A stretch of DNA of 45,875 nt, from positions 1 through 45,875 of IMG/VR virus record IMGVR_UViG_3300042196_000317, one strand, 5' to 3'. The notes beneath the pieces were generated by a model. That model had not been told where the DNA came from, ran no database searches, and worked only from the letters and a program-made list of their open reading frames with translations. Within the stretch, counting starts at the first letter, position 1, and each line of letters opens with the position of its first letter. Below, in pieces: positions 24,460-33,534 of the stretch. Both the position numbers and the translations under genes were made by a program. Source of the DNA: a virus. Its lineage: Duplodnaviria; Caudoviricetes.

Positions 24460-25167
24460 TCACAGCCTCACGTCCGAGCCGCCAGCCAGGAGATCGTTCA
24501 GCGGGACGTACGACTGCGCGGTGTAACGCTGGGCCGTGCCCGTCGAACGCACGACGCCCACGGTCGCGTGCTCGAGGTGCGCGATGAAGCGCCGGAGCCA
24601 TGCGTCACGCTCCGGCCGGAGCTGGGCGACCTCCTCGGCCCGCTCGTCCTTCAGCGCGAGGATGATCGCGTGCTCGAGGACGAGAAGCTCGTCGTAGGCG
24701 CGCGGCCACAGCGCTTCGAGCTCCGTATCGGCGTCGGCCGGGGTCTCCGGCTTCTTGGAGTACCAGAACGTCAGCGCCTCTTCGACCGACTCGGCGACCG
24801 ACTCGGCCCCGATCGGGTCGAGCGCGTTGCCGGCGGGGAAGAACACCTGGCCCCACTCGTAGATCGCTGGCGTGAACGGGTCGGCGTCGCGCTCGTCGAA
24901 CGGCACGACCTCGACCTGGCCGCCGTCGTCCTCGATGCGGAAGATCGACTCGGCGTCGTCCGGCCGCGGCCACCCGCCGAGCGCGACGCTGAACGGCACG
25001 TCGGCGATCTTGCCGAAGAAGGTGGCGTTGACCCGGGCGGCGATCGTCCAGAACACCGGGTAGTAACGGCGGAACTGGCTGAACAGCTCGGCCGGCGTCG
25101 CGATGATGCCCGGCTGGTTCTTCCGGTTCTTGGCCAGCGCCGCGGTGAAGATCTCGTTGGGGGTCAC
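24460..25167 (-). CDS. Head-tail adaptor-like protein (paralog 2)
   Basis: MTPNEIFTAAL...LTFWYSKKPETP..DTELEALWP..YDELLV, an adaptor-like pattern. Confidence 0.6.
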   Translation of the reverse strand: MTPNEIFTAALAKNRKNQPGIIATPAELFSQFRRYYPVFWTIAARVNATFFGKIADVPFSVALGGWPRPDDAESIFRIEDDGGQVEVVPFDERDADPFTPAIYEWGQVFFPAGNALDPIGAESVAESVEEALTFWYSKKPETPADADTELEALWPRAYDELLVLEHAIILALKDERAEEVAQLRPERDAWLRRFIAHLEHATVGVVRSTGTAQRYTAQSYVPLNDLLAGGSDVRL

Positions 25168-25168
25168 G

Positions 25169-25846
25169 TCACCAGACCTCCCGGACCCGCGAGACTATCG
25201 CGCCCTTCCTGCGTCGGAGCTCGTCGAGCCAGAGCGCCTCGGCGTCGTGCGCCTCGGCGATGTACTCGCGACGCGGCCGCGCGAGCTCGGCGTCGTTCGA
25301 GCGCCGAGCGAAGAACGAGCCGAGCGATGCGACCAGCGCATCCTCGGCCGTGATCGGGAGGACCAGCTCGACGGCCAGGTCGGTGATGTCAGCCGGCGTC
25401 GGCGTGTACGTGAGCTCGACCCGCTCGACGTCGGTGTAGTCCTCCGCCCGGCCGGTGAAGTAGAGCGTGTTCTCGGTGATGTAAGCCGCCTGGGGCTTCC
25501 GGTGCCGATCCGCCCACTCGATGAGCTCCATGTCTCGGGCCTGATCCCAGCCGCGCACGTAGACGTCGAGCGGTCGGTGGATCGCCGTCATCGCGATCGG
25601 TTCGGGCACCGACTCGCCCGACTCGGGCTCGTCCTCCAGGAGGGCGACGCCCGCGGCGAAGTCGATGAGCGGGAACGTGGCGGTGAAGACCTCGATGTAC
25701 TCGGTCCGCTCCAGCTTCGTCCACTCGGCGACGAGCCGGCGCTGCAACCGCGACAGGTGGTTGACGGCCACCCTACGCGGGTGGCGCGCCTCCACGAACG
25801 AGGGATCGAGCTCCCTCGCCTGCGTGATGATCTCCTCGGGCGTCAC
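25169..25846 (-). CDS. Head-tail adaptor-like protein (paralog 1)
   Basis: MTPEEIITQAR...VELTYTPTPADIT...LVLPITAEDALV, an adaptor-like pattern. Confidence 0.6.
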   Translation of the reverse strand: MTPEEIITQARELDPSFVEARHPRRVAVNHLSRLQRRLVAEWTKLERTEYIEVFTATFPLIDFAAGVALLEDEPESGESVPEPIAMTAIHRPLDVYVRGWDQARDMELIEWADRHRKPQAAYITENTLYFTGRAEDYTDVERVELTYTPTPADITDLAVELVLPITAEDALVASLGSFFARRSNDAELARPRREYIAEAHDAEALWLDELRRRKGAIVSRVREVW

Positions 25847-25861
25847 GGCTGTTCAGCCCCG

Positions 25862-26281
25862 TCAGCCGATGCGCCGCTCGAGCTGGTCGAGCAGGGTGAT
25901 GACGCTCTGTCGAGGACCACCCGGCCGGACGCCCTCCGCTGCCCGTAGCACGGCGATCGCGCCCTTCCTGGGCCGGTCCAGGTGACTGAGCTCCGTCTCG
26001 AGCGCGATGTCGAGCAGGATCGGATCCTCGGTCACGAGCTCCTCGAGCGTCGTGATCGACACGCGCCCGCCGAGCTCGTCGAGGAACGGGTTTTTCTTCT
26101 CGCCGGTCTCGACCGCCGACTGGAGCTCGGCGACCGCCTCGGAGGTGCCTCGCCGGCGGCCCATCTTCCGGTCGCCGTAGACCGTCGCCTGCCGTGACCG
26201 GAGCTGCGCCTTCGCCTGTAGTTCGGCCCACGCCTTCTTGCCGAGCTTGCGGGGGCCGTACTGCGTCTTGACCTCATCCAT
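25862..26281 (-). CDS. Hypothetical protein with two E...PR..(V/I)..L helical motifs
   Basis: ETELSHLDRPRKGAIAVL and AEGVRPGGPRQSVITLL. Confidence 0.65.
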   Translation of the reverse strand: MDEVKTQYGPRKLGKKAWAELQAKAQLRSRQATVYGDRKMGRRRGTSEAVAELQSAVETGEKKNPFLDELGGRVSITTLEELVTEDPILLDIALETELSHLDRPRKGAIAVLRAAEGVRPGGPRQSVITLLDQLERRIG

Positions 26282-26840
26282 TTCGGACTCTCCTGTCGCC
26301 TACTCGGCGCGTTGAGCTCACGGACCTTCGGAACACGAAGCGGTACGCCTCGCGCGCGGCATCCGCGGCCTTCTTCCCGAACTCGACGATGCGCTCTGCG
26401 TTGAGTCGGTCCATCGAGACCGACCGTTTCAGGGCGCGCTTACCGTGGAGCTCGGGCGTGTTCCGCCAGTTGTAGTCGCGTTGGCGGAAGTCGTCGACGA
26501 CCTCGGCCCACGTCCAGCCGTCCTCCCGTACGCCGCCGTCGATCGTGTACAGCGCGATCGGCCGGAAGCCCGAGGCCATCACCTGATACATCGCGAACTC
26601 GCGCGCGAGCTCGACCTCCATGAACGCACGCTCCGCGGGATCCTCGATCGTCGGCCGCCGGCTCGCGTGGTGGTGCGCATCGGCAAGCTGCTCCTCGGCC
26701 GCAGGGTTCGGCGCGCGCACGCCGAGCCACCACTTCGGACCCTCGAGGTGGATGAGCTCCGCCTTCGGGTCGATCGCCTTGATCGCGGCATCGATCTCGT
26801 CAGGAGCCCGCAGGGGCCCGATCACATGGAGCTGCTGCAT
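26274..26840 (-). CDS. Hypothetical protein (post-capsid)
   Basis: 188-aa ORF in a packed operon. Confidence 0.65.
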   Translation of the reverse strand: MQQLHVIGPLRAPDEIDAAIKAIDPKAELIHLEGPKWWLGVRAPNPAAEEQLADAHHHASRRPTIEDPAERAFMEVELAREFAMYQVMASGFRPIALYTIDGGVREDGWTWAEVVDDFRQRDYNWRNTPELHGKRALKRSVSMDRLNAERIVEFGKKAADAAREAYRFVFRRSVSSTRRVGDRRVRNG

Positions 26841-26844
26841 CGCG

Positions 26845-27066
26845 CTACTCGGGATGCCTCATCCCGTGAAACGTCTGCTTCGCGGAGTTCTCGAGGTTGA
26901 TCAGCGCGTTGTCGAGGTCCGTGGGGTTGTCGGTCACGGCCGCGACGATCTCGGTCGCGAGCGCCCGGAACAGCACGGTCAGGTCGTCCATCGCGTCCTG
27001 GGTCGCCGTCATTCTCGACTGGCCGGAGTAGGCGACGGCGATGTACTCGGCGGAGGAGCGCTCCAT
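26845..27066 (-). CDS. Small hypothetical protein
   Basis: ATG follows GAGAGGG, downstream of the post-capsid hairpin. Confidence 0.55.
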   Translation of the reverse strand: MERSSAEYIAVAYSGQSRMTATQDAMDDLTVLFRALATEIVAAVTDNPTDLDNALINLENSAKQTFHGMRHPE

Positions 27067-27105
27067 TGTGACCCTCTCAGGTTATTCGGGTGATCGGGCG
27101 ATCCT

Positions 27106-27135
27106 CTCCCCCGGGCCTCGCTGGACCCGGGGGAG
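27106..27135 (-). terminator. Hairpin downstream of the major capsid gene
   Basis: CTCCCCCGGG / CCCGGGGGAG perfect 10-bp stem, ~30 nt after the capsid stop. Confidence 0.55.
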
Positions 27136-27162
27136 CGAACCTCGCTTCCACTTCCAGCCGGC

Positions 27163-28539
27163 TTAGACCGACTCGGCCGGGATGCTCTCGGCCGGGCTGG
27201 TGAAGCCTTCGAGGCGCCAGCAGCGCTGGGCCGACTTGATCGCGATCTCCATGTGGGCCGTGCCGTACGCGAAGAAGGCATCCTTCACGCCCGTCGCGTC
27301 GGTGACCTGACGCCACAGCGATCCGGTCGTGTCATCCCACTGGAACTCATGCAGGATGAACTTCCTGAGCTGCTTCGAGTCGATCCCGAAGACGAGCGTC
27401 GACGGAAGCTTTCGGGCCGTGCGGAACGTGACCTGCCGCGTCCCGCCGAAGTACATCAGGATGCCCTTTCTGCCGATCGCATAGGACCGCGGGTCGTTGA
27501 CCACGCGGTCGTCCCGGATCTCGATCCACACCGCGTCGAACGCCTCATCCGACATCACGATCATGTCGACCATGCCGCCGCCGCGGTGCCGGGACTGCCG
27601 GTCCGTCTGGAGCGTGGCGAACTCCGTCAGATCCGCGCCGTTGAGGTCCCGCACGTACGAGCGGAACCACAGGTGGACGTTGCGGTCGATGTTCTGAAGC
27701 GTCTGCACGATGCCGCCGTCGTCGATGAGCCCGAGCAGACCCATGACGTCCTTCCCGGCGGAGTTCGAGGCTGCGTCGCCCTCGAACAGGTAATCGCCGT
27801 CCACGAGGTCGGCGACCGTGTCGAGCGTGAGCGCGTTGTTGTCCCAATCGACCTGGTCGACCACGTACGCGGTCGCCCTCGGCGCCGTGCCGTCGATGTT
27901 CGGGCTCGCGCGCAGGCGCAGGCCCCTACGGAACTGCATCAGCTCGTGATCGAACCCGGCGATGCCGAGCGTCGAGCCCACGACGACGGGGTTCGAGATC
28001 ACCCCCTCGTTGACCCTCGCTCGGATGCCCGAGCCGTCGCCGACGAGCTGGCGGTCGAGCTCGTCGACCAGCCCTTCCTTGAAGAGCGGGAACTGCTCGT
28101 CCGACCACGTGATGAAGGCCGCCTTGTCGCGCTTGATCTTCTTCAGCACTTCGGCGGTTTCCTCGAGGGAACCGACGACCTTCTTGAGCGTCACGCGCCC
28201 GTTCTCGGCCTTCGCCGCGTTCGCCTGCGGGATGTAGTCGTTCTGCGTACGAGAGCCCCAGCTTCCGGGCGACTGGTAGAGCTGAGAGGTCTCGAACCAT
28301 CGACCCTCGGGCCCCTGCTTGACCTCGCCCTCGGGCATGAAGTCCATCAGCTCGGTGTCGTAGACCGTCTCCATGATGACTGTGTCATCGAAGACGATCT
28401 TCATCAGCTCCGTGTAGTCGTCGGTCGTCGCCGTGTCGCCTACCACGAAGGGCAGGGCGAGCAGCGCCTCGGGCACGTAGCCGAGGAACGCTGCCAGAGC
28501 GAGACCGACGCCCACGAAGAGCTTCTGGCTCTGCTTCAT
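27163..28539 (-). CDS. Major capsid protein with hydrophobic N-terminal leader
   Basis: Portal-scaffold-capsid synteny, size, downstream hairpin, and HK97-type motifs (LKKVVGSLEET, ELDRQLVGDGSG, GLLGLIDDG..LQNIDR). Confidence 0.8.
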   Translation of the reverse strand: MKQSQKLFVGVGLALAAFLGYVPEALLALPFVVGDTATTDDYTELMKIVFDDTVIMETVYDTELMDFMPEGEVKQGPEGRWFETSQLYQSPGSWGSRTQNDYIPQANAAKAENGRVTLKKVVGSLEETAEVLKKIKRDKAAFITWSDEQFPLFKEGLVDELDRQLVGDGSGIRARVNEGVISNPVVVGSTLGIAGFDHELMQFRRGLRLRASPNIDGTAPRATAYVVDQVDWDNNALTLDTVADLVDGDYLFEGDAASNSAGKDVMGLLGLIDDGGIVQTLQNIDRNVHLWFRSYVRDLNGADLTEFATLQTDRQSRHRGGGMVDMIVMSDEAFDAVWIEIRDDRVVNDPRSYAIGRKGILMYFGGTRQVTFRTARKLPSTLVFGIDSKQLRKFILHEFQWDDTTGSLWRQVTDATGVKDAFFAYGTAHMEIAIKSAQRCWRLEGFTSPAESIPAESV

Positions 28540-28593
28540 GGGTTGGCTTCTCCAGGTGTTTGATTGCTTTGCGGGCGCCTGGACCCGCCCCGC

Positions 28594-29979
28594 TCAGAGC
28601 TCCTTCTTCTCCTTCAGATTCAGCGCTCTCGCGAGACGGTTTCGACGCTCGAGGTACGACTCACCCGGAACCTTCTGGAAGCCCGCAGGGGCCGCGGATC
28701 CAGCACCAGCCGGTGTGGTGGCGGACGCGCTCTTCCTGCGCTTCAGTCGATCCCGCACGGTGGCGACCTCGGCACGGTCGACTCGGGCTCCCTTGGCAGG
28801 CTTCTCGCCGACCTCGGGCTTCTTGCCGGAGCTGTTCGTGGTAGGTGCCTCCGCCCTGCTGGCCCCGCGCCCGTTGGACGCAGGGAACTTGTACGCCTCG
28901 AGCAGGCCGATCTCGGCGAGGATCGCGGGGATCTTGGCCGGCTCGAGAGTGGTCAGCTTGTTGTCGCGAGCGTAGAGCTGGAGCTCCCGCGCCGCGGTGC
29001 GGACGAACATGTCCGCCACGTTCTTGGTCGCACCCTCCGGGACGACGGAGCTGATCGCGGTCCGCAGGTCCCGGGTGTACGCCTTCTGCTGGTCGGCCTC
29101 ACCGCTCGAGGCCAGCCGATCGCGCTCACGCTTCAGCCGGTCGCGTTCGGCTTTCGTCTTGGCGAGCTCCCTCGACTCCGGGTCCCGCGTGTAGTGCTGG
29201 ATCCGCTGGGCGAGGCCGCGCAGCGCTTCGTCATCGAGCTGGACCAGCAGCTCGTCGACGACCTGGCCGCGGAGACCCTCGTCGACGTGCTGCACCAGGA
29301 AGCCGACCGGGTCGGCCTGCATCGTCTCGTAGATCGCGTCGAGCTCGGCCCGGTCGTTCTCGACCGCAGCGACCGCAGCCTCGGCGTCGGCCCGGTACAT
29401 GTTGCCGTTCTTGAGCTGGTTGATGCGCTCGACGACGTCCTTCGGGTCGATGCCGAGCGCCTCGAGGAACTCGACGTCGATCGGGAGCTCGAAGTCCTCG
29501 CGGCCCTTCTCGCGCGCCGGCACGGCGACGTAGATCACCGCGTCGTCGTCGGCCTCCGCCGCCTGGGTGTCCTCGGCCTCCTCCTCTTCACCCTCCTGGA
29601 CCTCCTCAGCGGCCTCCTCCTGCTCCTCGGCCTCCTCCTCCTGGTCCTCGCCCTCCTCGGCGGTCTGCTGCGCTCCTGCGGCCGCGGCCTCGGCCGCGCG
29701 CTGCTCCTCGGCGACCTCGGCGCGGAGCTCGGCCATCCGGTCAGCGAACGGCGTCGGCCGTGCGGCGGGATCGGGGGGCTCCTCGGTGCCCTCGTCGCCA
29801 CCCTCGCCGGCGTCCTCCCCGCCCTCGTCACCTCCCCCGTCGTCCCCGCCGGCGGCATCGTCGTCCGTGTCGCCGAGCACCAGGGGAAGCGTCATCGCGA
29901 GCGCGTCGGGCGCGTAGCCGAGCACGGCGGCGAGGAAGAGGACGAGCGCGGCGAGGAGCTTCGAGGTCTGTCGAGTCAT
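28594..29979 (-). CDS. Capsid scaffolding protein with hydrophobic N-terminal leader
   Basis: ATG at 29979 is TGATG-coupled to the portal stop; very acidic, coiled-coil body with basic C-terminus; lies between portal and capsid. Confidence 0.75.
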   Translation of the reverse strand: MTRQTSKLLAALVLFLAAVLGYAPDALAMTLPLVLGDTDDDAAGGDDGGGDEGGEDAGEGGDEGTEEPPDPAARPTPFADRMAELRAEVAEEQRAAEAAAAGAQQTAEEGEDQEEEAEEQEEAAEEVQEGEEEEAEDTQAAEADDDAVIYVAVPAREKGREDFELPIDVEFLEALGIDPKDVVERINQLKNGNMYRADAEAAVAAVENDRAELDAIYETMQADPVGFLVQHVDEGLRGQVVDELLVQLDDEALRGLAQRIQHYTRDPESRELAKTKAERDRLKRERDRLASSGEADQQKAYTRDLRTAISSVVPEGATKNVADMFVRTAARELQLYARDNKLTTLEPAKIPAILAEIGLLEAYKFPASNGRGASRAEAPTTNSSGKKPEVGEKPAKGARVDRAEVATVRDRLKRRKSASATTPAGAGSAAPAGFQKVPGESYLERRNRLARALNLKEKKEL

Positions 29980-32264
29980 CACGCGACCTGTTCGGGTGAG
30001 AGCTGTTCGGACCCGGGCCCCATGATCTGTTCGGTCTGGCCCTGGATCTCGGCCGCGGTCGCCGCGGCGGCGGCCTGGACGGGCGCCTGCACGGCCATTT
30101 GCCGCTCCGCGCCGAGCAGCATCGCCTCCTGGCCGGCGACGATGAGCCGCTGGCGGTAGAGCACCATCTCCTGCATCACCGGGGGGGCGATCTTCAGGTA
30201 CTCGGGGCTCTTCATGAACCGCTCGAGCACGCTCTGGTGGAGCACGTGGTCGTACCACTCGAAGATCGGGACGGCGACGGCCGGCGTGCCCGTGAGCAGC
30301 TTACCGACGTTCTGCTCGGCCGTGGCGCGGTCCGGGCCGCCGGGCCGTGACGCGCGGCCCATGTGCGGGAAGCGAGCCTGCTCGAGGAACGTGTTGATCG
30401 CCTCGGGCGCCATCGGATCGCCCCACACGCCCGACTGCCAGAAGCGCCAGACTCGGTTCTGGCGCTCGCCCCGGCCCTCGGGCAGCATCGACTCGACGTC
30501 GGGCTCCGCGTTGACCGTGCCCTCCTCGAAGAGCGCCGGGTAGACCGTGATCGTCCGCGCGATGTTGTCGTCGCCGACGACCTGGATCGTCTTCTCGACG
30601 TCGAACACCGAGGGCGTCATCACCCGCCAGTCCTCGCCGAGCCGCGCGAGCTCGATCACCATCCGACGCATCGGATCGGCGAGCGGCCGGTCGGCATTGA
30701 ACCGGAGCTCCTTCACGAGCTCGCCTGACGCGTCCGCGGTCGGGCTCCGCCCCTCCTGGCCGCCCATGTGGCCGAGCTGCTCGATCTCGTCGGCGAGGCG
30801 GTCGGCCGACTCGTAGACCTCGGGCCCGAGCCGGCCCGGGTGGACGAACTCGATGAGCGGAGCCGCGGAGCCCTTCCTGGACGCGTAGACCTGGAAGCCG
30901 GGCACGTTCTTCACATCGCCGTCGCGCAGCCCCGAATCGAGGTCGATGACCTGGATCGGGTTCGCCACGATCGTCGCGTGCTGGATGCCCTGGGCGTGCA
31001 GCCGGTTCCTCGAGCGCACCGGCCCGTTGAGCATCTCCTGGCCGCTCGTACCCTGGGGCCTCCCGGGCAGGTTGTAGAAGTCGAAGCACCGGATGGGCGA
31101 CGTGTACTTGAACGGGTGCGTGCGCGGTCCGTCGCGCAGGACCTTCTTCGAGCCCGCGACGACGCAGAGTCGACCGCCGGGTGAGCCGCCCGGGATGCGT
31201 TGCGTGCCGGGCATCCGCGTCGGCTTCTGCCAGAGCTCGTAGACCGAGACGAAGTCGCGGCCCTGGGCGGCGGTCTCGAGGATCGCGCCCCGGCGCCCCT
31301 CGGCCGCACCGAACAGGCCCGAACCGTAGAGCAGCCGCATGAAGATGCCCGTCGAGTCGGACGTCTCCTCGCCGGTGATGTCCGGGTCGAGCTCGACGCC
31401 GAACGCTTCATAAGCCTGGAGCGGGCTCAGGAACGAGCGCTGGATGTGGTACGCCTTCTTGTGCCAGGGGATGTGTTCGCCCCACTCGCCTCGGGCCTCG
31501 AGGCACGTCAGCACGTCGACGTCGAGGCCGCCCTCGTAGAACACGTGCGGTTCGCCCTCCTCGAGGACCTGGCCGCCTTCCTCCTGCAACAGCCGCGCAC
31601 GCGGAGCGCCCTGCTCGTCGAGCGGCACGTCGTCGATCTCGCGCTCGATCGGCTCGCCCGACGCGTCGAGGATCGGCTGGCCCTGCGCGTTCAACAGCCG
31701 GAGCGTCGCCCGGTCGATCGCCTGGATCGGCATCCCCTTCATCGCGTCGACCCGGCTCTTCAGGTGCGCACGGCCGCCGGGCAGCATCCACGACGTGAGC
31801 CGGTCTATCACCTCGAGCATCCCGACTTCGCGCCACCAGTACTTGAAGATCGGGTCCATCACCTCGGCCAGCTCGGCGTCGATCCGGTCCGGGCCCGGCT
31901 GCCACACGATGACCGGCGGGTTCTCGTTCATGCGAGCGTGCGTGAGCACCCACCACCGAAAGATCTGGTTGAGCACCGGCATGTGGCGCCAGCGCTTCTC
32001 GTCGTCGTTCAGGTGCTCCGAGAGGTCGACGAACTTCTGGCGGAGGTCCGACCAGACCGTCCAGTGCTGGCCGAGGAGCATCCGGACGTTTTCCTCGACC
32101 TGGCGGTCACGCTGGCGCAGCCGGTCGTCCTGCTCGTGCCAGAGCCCCATCACGTACTCCGCGCGGAGCGCGTCGTGTACGTCCGGCTCGAACGGATCGG
32201 CCCGGAGCGGCGGGATGTCACCGATCCGCGTGAAGCGCTGGCCCCTCGTTCCGGCTGAACTCAT
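29979..32264 (-). CDS. Portal protein (podovirus/P22-like, 761 aa)
   Basis: MLLGQHW..PVLNQI..NPPVIVWQPG..DAELAE N-terminus, ASGELVKEL, Q/A-rich C-terminal barrel; synteny. Confidence 0.85.
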   Translation of the reverse strand: MSSAGTRGQRFTRIGDIPPLRADPFEPDVHDALRAEYVMGLWHEQDDRLRQRDRQVEENVRMLLGQHWTVWSDLRQKFVDLSEHLNDDEKRWRHMPVLNQIFRWWVLTHARMNENPPVIVWQPGPDRIDAELAEVMDPIFKYWWREVGMLEVIDRLTSWMLPGGRAHLKSRVDAMKGMPIQAIDRATLRLLNAQGQPILDASGEPIEREIDDVPLDEQGAPRARLLQEEGGQVLEEGEPHVFYEGGLDVDVLTCLEARGEWGEHIPWHKKAYHIQRSFLSPLQAYEAFGVELDPDITGEETSDSTGIFMRLLYGSGLFGAAEGRRGAILETAAQGRDFVSVYELWQKPTRMPGTQRIPGGSPGGRLCVVAGSKKVLRDGPRTHPFKYTSPIRCFDFYNLPGRPQGTSGQEMLNGPVRSRNRLHAQGIQHATIVANPIQVIDLDSGLRDGDVKNVPGFQVYASRKGSAAPLIEFVHPGRLGPEVYESADRLADEIEQLGHMGGQEGRSPTADASGELVKELRFNADRPLADPMRRMVIELARLGEDWRVMTPSVFDVEKTIQVVGDDNIARTITVYPALFEEGTVNAEPDVESMLPEGRGERQNRVWRFWQSGVWGDPMAPEAINTFLEQARFPHMGRASRPGGPDRATAEQNVGKLLTGTPAVAVPIFEWYDHVLHQSVLERFMKSPEYLKIAPPVMQEMVLYRQRLIVAGQEAMLLGAERQMAVQAPVQAAAAATAAEIQGQTEQIMGPGSEQLSPEQVA

Positions 32265-32297
32265 GGGACCTACGCTGTCCCGCCCGGTGTCAGCCCG

Positions 32298-32543
32298 CTA
32301 TTCGGACTCCACCGAGGTCCCATCCGTCAGCACCCACACGAGCACGCGCAGATACGGGGTGAGCCTGGGCTCGAAGTCGGCGCGGATCTTGGCGTTGCAC
32401 GCGATCACATGCGCCTCGACCGTGCGCCACGAGATCGGAGGGTCGAGGGCACGCGCGATCTCGGAAAGCGACCGTGCTCCGCCAGCGATTGCGTCGATGA
32501 CCTCGAGCTCGCGGGTCGTGAACGGCGGCGGCTGGTCGATCAC
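32298..32543 (-). CDS. LuxR/GerE-type HTH protein
   Basis: FTTRELEVIDAIAGGARSLSEIARALDPPISWRTVEAHV..CNAKI; GTGA-coupled start. Confidence 0.7.
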   Translation of the reverse strand: MIDQPPPFTTRELEVIDAIAGGARSLSEIARALDPPISWRTVEAHVIACNAKIRADFEPRLTPYLRVLVWVLTDGTSVESE

Positions 32544-32887
32544 GACTCCTGGATCCATCCCTGCGCCCGGTCGCCGAGACCACGCGCGAGGAGCGTCCGC
32601 CACTCCTCTTCGGCCTGCTCCGTGCTGAACCCTTCGTCGAGCATCTCACGGAGGAACGTCGGAGGCACGTCCGCGAGCTCGGCGTCACCCGTGTTCTTCG
32701 GCTCGTACGGGCTCCGGGTGACGGGTGACGGCCTACTGTCCGGAAACGGGAGCACGCCCTCCCGGCGCTGAGCGTCGATGCGCCGGCCGCGCTCGCCGAG
32801 GTAGAGACCGACCGTGACCAGCGACCCTGCCATGAACCCGACGCCGAACGCGGCCGCGGCGACCAGTACGAGATCGGAGCCCATCAT
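32540..32887 (-). CDS. Small membrane-anchored protein
   Basis: N-terminal TM LVLVAAAAFGVGFMAGSLVTVGLYLG; ATGA-coupled. Confidence 0.6.
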   Translation of the reverse strand: MMGSDLVLVAAAAFGVGFMAGSLVTVGLYLGERGRRIDAQRREGVLPFPDSRPSPVTRSPYEPKNTGDAELADVPPTFLREMLDEGFSTEQAEEEWRTLLARGLGDRAQGWIQES

Positions 32888-33534
32888 CGGTAGTCCGCTT
32901 CGACCGGACCGCCGTCGAGCCGGATGTCGCCGGCGCGGAGGTCCATCAGCGCGTTGTCGCCGTGGATCACGGCGATCGCGCCCGGCCCCTTCATCCATTT
33001 CGGCTGCACCAGCTCGTGGAGCTTGCCGTGGCTCGCGCAGTAGGCGTAGAGCTCCTCGGTCGGGTTGTAGATCGCGTAGAACGGGCTGACCCGCTTCTTC
33101 ACCCGGTAGCGGAAGCGGTGGCGGTGCAGGCGGCCGTCGCTGAGCCGCTGCTTGATCGGTTGCCAGGTGCGGAGCTCCGTACGGCCCCGCCGCCAGTAGG
33201 ACATGACGGTCGCGAGGTACCCGGGCTCGATCCGGTCGTCGGAGTCGAGCGTGACCTGAACATCGTCCGTCTCGGGCCCGAAGTCGTCGACGACCTCGAT
33301 GCGCCCCGGCCAGCCGGCTCCGGCCACGGCCGCCCATACGTCCGGCGCGTGCCGCTCGTGGGCCCGCCACCGCCATGTGAGGGAGGCGCCGAAGATCTCC
33401 GCCGCGGCGACGACTGCGGGGAGCTCCGCCGCGGCGACGACTGCGGGGATGCAGGTCCGCCGCGCGAGATCCATCCGCCGCTCGAAGGTGTCATCGTCGT
33501 CGTAGCGCTGGCGGGTGCAGACGGAGACTCTCAT
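32884..33534 (-). CDS. Putative glycosyltransferase (rhamnosyl-transferase-like GT-A)
   Basis: ERRMDLARRTCIP, TLDSDD (DxD), SPF, IHGDN match the putative rhamnosyl transferase pattern as recalled. Confidence 0.6.
   Translation of the reverse strand: MRVSVCTRQRYDDDDTFERRMDLARRTCIPAVVAAAELPAVVAAAEIFGASLTWRWRAHERHAPDVWAAVAGAGWPGRIEVVDDFGPETDDVQVTLDSDDRIEPGYLATVMSYWRRGRTELRTWQPIKQRLSDGRLHRHRFRYRVKKRVSPFYAIYNPTEELYAYCASHGKLHELVQPKWMKGPGAIAVIHGDNALMDLRAGDIRLDGGPVEADYR
33397..33449. repeat. 27-bp tandem duplication (PAVVAAAE x2) within the glycosyltransferase
   Basis: CTCCGCCGCGGCGACGACTGCGGGGA occurs twice in tandem. Confidence 0.85.

Noticed and set aside
26862-26873. Additional parS-like sequences (also ~18288 and ~44196)
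   Set aside because: Only half-sites; not palindromic.
23428-27195. ES tags as a DNA-level GAGTC/GANTC motif
   Set aside because: Synonymous variation (GAG AGC, GAA TCG, GAG TCC) and a constant reading frame favour a peptide-level signal, though a DNA role is not formally excluded.
27253-30159. Plus-strand ORFs of 436 and 531 aa
   Set aside because: Antisense to capsid and scaffold; no motifs or RBS.
29980-30258. ORF-track N-terminal extension of the scaffold (and similar extensions of 1809, 6026, 34218, 34571, 38694, 42258)
   Set aside because: They overlap upstream genes; stop/start-coupled internal starts fit much better.
33397-33449. 27-bp duplication as a functional repeat system
   Set aside because: A single in-frame duplication, likely slippage or an assembly artefact; recorded only as a feature.
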